64,000 bases of DNA. It comes from Podospora anserina (lineage: Eukaryota). A program made the translations under genes and the position numbers. How positions within the stretch are numbered: the stretch's first letter is position 1; each line of letters begins with the position of its first letter. Shown one piece after another: positions 58,229 to 64,000 of the stretch. The stretch is from NCBI GenBank assembly GCA_017654855.1, contig CM030336.1:3100001-3164000 (forward strand), written 5' to 3'. Below the pieces are notes generated by a model. The model saw only the letters and a list, made by a program, of their open reading frames with translations. It did no database searches and had not been told where the DNA came from.

Positions 58229-59765
58229 TTAGATCCGGAGTGTCTGTCTCAATTTCGAAAGTCGTTGCTGAACTTCCAGTTCCAGGTCGCTTCTCACCTC
58301 CCCATTGCCGCTGGCGGTGTTGGAAGAGGGGCTGCTCGGTTCAACATTCTGCGTGAGGGTGTTGGGAAAAGAAAGATAAACGTCGACGGCTTGGTGCTGG
58401 CGCTTGATCAGGTAAGAGCAAAGCTGGACCACGAGAACCAGGCGCATGTCCGCCAGGGCTGCTGCTTCGGCAGGAAGAGAGGAATTCCGGAGGTCCACGT
58501 CGTGCTGCAGAGCGATGAGCACGGCAATGTAGATGTTGAGAAGGAGGGTGTGGCAGGCGATGACCAGGTGTCTGACAACTGTCGACGAGTACTCGCTGGA
58601 CGACGACGGACGGCCATGGCTGGAGGAAGGGGCCGAGGCCGTCGGGACCGGCTTGGACCCCTCGCCAAAGCCAGCGGTGCCATCGTTGCTGTCTGTCGAC
58701 TGCGGGGTGATGCTTCTCCAAAAGTCGGTTGCTCCCGCTGGTGCTGCGGCAACGTCCATGTCGTTGCTGTTCCCGCCTGTAACGTTGGACTGCAGCAGTC
58801 TCAAGATTTCGAGAAGGTGGTGGGAGGCTGCAAAAAGGTCGTTCAGAGTCTCACCCGTAGTGGGGGGCTCCGACTGAAGCGCCGGGTTGATGTTCGGGTT
58901 GTGGAGACGGTGATCGCCTGCACGAAAGAGGATGTCCATGTTGGTTGATACGCCCTGAACCAGCCATTTGGCGACCACTATGAAAGCATTATCATCGATC
59001 AAAGCTTGGGTCTTGTGTTGTTGGCCCATGTCTGGGCTCATCTGGCCAGATGATCCTGCTGTCTCTGCCAAGCTACAACTCCTCCTGTGAATTGGATACA
59101 GACGTGTGCTTAGCTGAGACAGCTGGGCAATTCCCACATCGGGGTCACTCTTTGCAATGGTGGTGGCACTCTCAAAGAGCTCAAACATGGGTGTTTGGGA
59201 ACCTGTGAAACAGGCCGACGGCGGTGTTGGAGGGTTGTGGTGGAGCAGGTTCAAGAACTCATCTCCACTACATGTATCGATCTGCATGTCGTTCCATTCC
59301 ATCGGGTGCATCCAGGATGGGCCAATGGCTCCAGCTAGCAGCTGATCAATGTCGTCGTTTGCGGTGGAAGACTCGCTAATCTGCATGCTGTTCTCAGCTA
59401 TTTCAGCCCCATCCGTCTTCGCAGCAGGTGGGACATCGGAACTGGCGGAGCTCGTAGTGGAAGAGGCGGTCTTCGGGCTCGCTGGAGGGCGACGCTCGTT
59501 TGCTAGACGGTACATGCTCGGTCTTCCTTTGGGAAGACTGGAGCTGTAAACACATTGTGCGTTCTGTCGAATGCAGCGGTTGCAAGTACTCGTTTGGCTG
59601 TCCCCGGTTCGTGTACATCTCAACTTCTGCGGGGGGGCCACGATCAGTTGGTCGGCCTGGGTTGTTAATCTTGACCCTTCACCGGGCACTCACCTGGTAA
59701 TGGCAACGGTCACACGATAATCGTCGCGGCAACGGAGCAGGACTGGTATTCGATGAGGGGGTCAT
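58229..59765 (-). CDS. Zn(II)2Cys6 transcription factor (probable cluster-specific regulator)
   Basis: MTPSS...RRLSCDRCHYQ|intron|KLRCTRTGDSQTSTCNRCIRQNAQCVYS supplies all six Cys; C-terminal region typical of secondary-metabolite cluster regulators. Confidence 0.92.
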
Positions 59766-60634
59766 TGTTGTAGCTCTGGTGAGGATGGAGGGAAGTGGTT
59801 GAGGTGAGGTCCTAATTTAACCATGAATGGCGCCCCAAGTAAAACTTAGCTGATGGCGACTTTGTAGCGGAATCTCAAGAATGCGGATCGAAAGCAACTA
59901 TTAAATTTTCGAGCGTCATCAGTCTTTTGGGGTACTCAAGGTATCGCACTCGCCTTTCCCGCGTCCCAGGTACCGTGCCAATGCCAAGGCCTGTTTCTGA
60001 CCATGTTGTTGCCAAGATGGACTTCACTGATCTCTCTGGTACATCTGCAGCGGGTGCACATTTCGATGTGGTAGAACTGGCGATTGCGAGAGAAACGTGG
60101 TTAGGGGTCTTGGATAGTGCCACCCCTCTGCCCTCTGGTCCCGCACCCTGTCCCACTTCTGTCATAGCCCATGCAAATTCATACACAATAGTTGCATACC
60201 CCGATTAAACAATGCAACATGACATCTTGCATGCCACATCAAGATTAATATGGCCATGATCGCAAGGGTTTTTTGGTGTTTCTGGCGGCTATTGATTGTC
60301 TTGACACTTTGAAAATCTATACAATCTCCTCTACAACTTCATTGGTTGTGAAAATGTCTTTGCTATTCTTTCCTTGTGGCCTTCAAAGGCTAAACCTGAC
60401 ATGGAATGCCGCTCGAGTTAAACTTCATTGCACTCTCTATTTGTGGAAAGAGATGTCCAGCTAACTTTTGTTGGTCGGCCACAGGATATGGAACTGTTAA
60501 CAACCCGGGACTTTGTGGGAAGAGACTGGACTATCAGGCTCAAGGGAACACGACATCACCCTGCCCACAAAATAATTGATACAGCAAAAGTAAGTTGTAG
60601 TGATAGCTCAAACCTTAAAACCAAATCAATAGCG

Positions 60635-60930
60635 CTTTTAAATATCTTTAAAGGCTTATTAACCATCTGTTAAGGCATCTTAATGATTTATTAAAGTTTA
60701 TTAATTATTTTTTAAGGTCTATTAACTCGCTTTAACGCCTATTAACTCGTTTTAAGACCTATTAACCATCTTTCAAGGTCTATCTATGAACTGTCCTTTA
60801 TGGCCTATGAACTATCTTTTATTGCCTATCAACTATCTTTTAAGGCTCATTAATTATCTTTTAAGGTCTATTTACTATCTTTTAAAGGGTATTAACCATC
60901 TTTAAAAGGTTGTTAAGTATCTTTGAAAGC
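60635..60930. repeat. AT-rich minisatellite, ~14 degenerate ~21-bp units (consensus ~AACTATCTTTTAAGGCCTATT)
   Basis: Units aactatcttttaaggctcatt, aattatcttttaaggtctatt and aaccatctttcaaggtctatc; same family and orientation as 44165-44420. Confidence 0.9.
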
Positions 60931-61351
60931 ATAATAAAAATCTCTTCAGGTATTATTTACACTATAATGCATGTTAACCTACTTGTGTGTCTCAACTATT
61001 CTGTATTGAGGGTGGGCTTCTAGGAGGAAATATCTGCTCGCATACCGCTTTTAAGTGTCTATTCTAGTCTTGTCGACCGGAAAGTCCATTCCGTTCACCT
61101 TTCTCCAGCCCATGGTCTCAAGTCGGCAATCTCTCGGCGCAAAGCTTAATGACTGGTGCGGATATCAACTGGAGATTTTTCAACTGACGTGCATGATATA
61201 TTGGAGGAAATATGTACCCCGGACAATGGCGATATTGCACCCTATATAGGGCACACCGGCAGTTGACATGTTATACCCCAGATATTTCCGCATCCGGCCG
61301 AGATACCCGCTGATCACGCTCATTCAGCCCACCAGGAGTGGGAGATCTTCA

Positions 61352-61573
61352 GGCTAAAAGCCGCCTTGCAACGTCGCATAGCAGGACCCCGTCGAGCAAA
61401 GCTTGTTGTTAATGTTGGACTCGGACGACAGGGAGCCAGTCGATGTTGATCTTGTCGGGCAGACCCTGGATGTCGTCGTACTGAACAATCTTTTGATCGT
61501 GGAGATCTTCGGCAGAGGGAGAGAAGGTGGGTAGATCGATAGGCATATGGCCACTTCTGTTTGATGTATAAAA
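61352..61573 (+). promoter_or_regulatory. Xylanase promoter: XlnR/Xyr1-type GGCTAAA site and TATA box
   Basis: GGCTAAA at 61352-61358 and TATAAAA at ~61567-61573, upstream of the GH11 ATG. Confidence 0.5.
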
Positions 61574-61655
61574 GCAACGCCGTGGTTCTCCCTGTGGAGT
61601 TGAAAGAAGGCATCTCTTTTTGGTCACCCATTTTGTTGATAACAAAAAGGTTACA

Positions 61656-62437
61656 ATGGTTCAGATCTCCTCGTTTCTCGTCGCGCTGGGTCTCCTTCAA
61701 GCAGGCTTGGGCGCACCCCAACCTGACGCTAAAGGGGTCCAAGGACGACAGGGCTATTACTTCCAAAACTGGTCTGAAGGCGGCTCCAACATTAGATGTT
61801 CCAACGGCCAGGGAGGTTCCTTCTCGGCAAACTGGAACTCGAGAGGTGGCTTCGTCTGTGGCAAGGGCTGGAGTGGTGGCGGGGCTAGGTATGTACCTAG
61901 CTACATGTGGCTTCCTGACCATTCAATCCCTAGGGCTTCTTACTAACATATTCTACCTTACTTATTAGGACTATCAAATATAGCGGGACATACAACGCCA
62001 CCGGACCAGGCTACCTAGCCGTCTACGGGTGGACTCGCAACCCCTTGATCGAGTATTACATTCTTGAGTCCTACGCTGATCTCGCACCTAATGAGCCCTG
62101 GTTCAGTATTATCATTTCCTTCTTGGTACCATAGTGACTGACATCCCGCAGGACATCCAAAGGCAACTTCACCATCGATGAGGGCACTTTTGAGGTTTTC
62201 ACCAGCACCCGAGTGAACAAGCCATCCATTGAAGGCACGAGGACCTTCCAGCAGTACTGGAGCGTGCGTTCCGAAAAGCGAGTGGGCGGGACGGTCACAA
62301 CGCAGAAGCACTTTGATGAGTGGGCCAAGAGAGGCATGAGATTGGGTCGTCATGATTATGTGGTGATGGCTGTGGAAGGTTATACTGCTACCGGCGGCAG
62401 TGGCTCGGCAGGATCAGCCAGCATCACCCTGGGATGA
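61656..62437 (+). CDS. GH11 endo-1,4-beta-xylanase
   Basis: Signal peptide; [36 protein letters not shown] (nucleophile Glu), [25 protein letters not shown] and VMAVEGY (acid/base Glu); 2 introns. Confidence 0.96.
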
Positions 62438-64000
62438 GGTTGGTGGCAAGTTGAGATGCTGGTTAGATGAATAAACGATATGATCCAGCGGTTGACGCAC
62501 CTGTTTCCCATGATGCACGGGGAGGGGTGTAGCAAAATCAGTTGAGCAAACACCCCTGAGTAGCGCCGCCGGCAAGTAGCTTGGCGGTAGCTTGGCTAGT
62601 GTACTACTGGGCGTCAGACGGGACAACGGCGGCCGACTGACGCTATCGCGGGGGCTTATCTCTCTTCAACCGTCCGTCTCGATGGTGGCGGCCCATTAGC
62701 GCTTTGGGTGGAACACACTGGTGTCAGTTGTTACGCGTCATGTTCCCAGGTTGCAATGTTGCTGGATGAAGACCAAATAGTGCCATGGCATACCCCGTGT
62801 AAGGTAGGTAGGTAGTTTCCAGGACGAGATGCACATACGAGTCGCAAAGGACACCTGAAGAGGGGTGCGGAGCTACGTGATTGCAAAGGTAAGGTATATT
62901 GGGGCTGTCTGTCGCTCTTTGGAGACGAAATGCAGTCCATTGTGCACGACAAGGGGGGGGTGGCTCCATGGATCAGGAATTCCGATAGCCCTAAAGGACG
63001 CTAGGTCTTGTCTCCTACACCTGCCTTGTTCAAGCAAACCCCCCCCGCAGACGGAATCCAAATACAGTAGGAAACTCGTCTTGCTTGTTGACGGACTCTT
63101 GATGGACCCCTTGCAATCCTTCCCGCGCGATAGCGGTTGCGGGGGACCAGCCAGTGCACCAACCCCTGAGTTGATCCTTCTAGCGTGCTTCGAGAGCAAG
63201 CCCGAAGCTTGATCGCAGCGATTGCTTGAGATGATGTGACACGTCAACCACACGAACCACACCGCGACAGTGTGTAGCATCGCGGGAGGCGCCATTCTCC
63301 GGTACACTCGCTAATTCGGCCTCTCTGCCTGGCCGCTCTGTTTTTGCTACCACACGCAGCACGCTACTGACATGGTCTTTCTATCTTCCAGGTTCTCACC
63401 TTGGACGTTGTGATAGCTTATCATGACCCCTCCGCGGCGAGACAACGTGCGCGAACCGGTTGGTATAGAGAAAGGACGATCCCTCTTCACGATGGGCACT
63501 CGGTGGAGAATTCCCATTGGATTCTGGGTGGAATTGTCACTCTGGCATGTTTCCCCCGATCTGTCTCTTGTGTGGACCCTGCTTTTCTCCAGTCTCCACA
63601 ATAATACTACCCTGCCAATGCGCCCGCATCGATACAGCCAACCATGCTCCTTCTGGTCACCGAAACATGCGAGTAAAAGAGCGGGTTCTGTTAGGTAAAG
63701 AGAGCTACAGATTCAGGTCCCCCCATCGGCTTCCACTCACCCGAGTCAGCATGCATCCTCCACTAGGCGCCGAGACTACCTAGTGTAGATGTAAACATCG
63801 CCAGATCCAGTACGGGCCGTTGAAGCCGCCATGTGCAGAGCGCTAAGAATTGCAACGGTTCCGCACCTCGATAGGGAGTTGCTAATGCCTAGGCATCTAG
63901 ATATGCCGAAGCCCTGAGACACCGTCGCTGATCGCAAACAACACAGCATGCGTTCGACACCAGCCTTCGGTTCCAAAACCTGGGTCAAAAAGCCAAGACC

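Noticed and set aside
59875-60208. Overlapping short ORFs upstream of the TF as a missing cluster gene
   Set aside because: No ER, hydrolase or cyclase motifs; probably TF promoter.
62450-64000. Short ORFs at the window end
   Set aside because: No motifs or convincing gene structure; treated as intergenic.
1-64000. tRNA/rRNA genes, intact transposase, reverse transcriptase or Starship captain recombinase
   Set aside because: None recognised by eye; tRNAscan-SE and repeat-library searches would be needed to exclude them fully.

Overview
Gene-dense DNA from a filamentous ascomycete: spliceosomal GT-AG introns with CTRAC branch sites, HET domains, an AA9 LPMO and a Zn2Cys6 regulator. The C-rich 5'/G-rich 3' coding style suggests a Sordariales fungus such as Podospora (inference). 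The main feature is a ~12.3 kb, 7-intron hybrid PKS-NRPS gene (KS-AT-DH-MT-ER0-KR-ACP-C-A-T-R, minus strand) with a Zn2Cys6 transcription factor upstream. This two-gene unit is bracketed on both sides by the same AT-rich ~21-bp minisatellite in direct orientation. No trans-enoyl reductase or other tailoring gene is recognisable beside it, and its A and R domains carry non-canonical motif substitutions. The rest looks like a high-turnover accessory region: secreted and GPI-anchored proteins (including a small paralogue family with a frameshifted copy), a likely catalytically dead metallopeptidase-lectin, an aspartyl-protease-like membrane protein, an intronless bacterial-type S8 protease, an ADP-ribosylglycohydrolase, a beta-transaminase/GSAM-like enzyme, intact and broken HET genes, F-box genes, a P450 relic and a GH11 xylanase. 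No RNA genes, CRISPR arrays or intact transposons were recognised. All family calls come from motif recognition by eye, not database searches, and exon boundaries are approximate.
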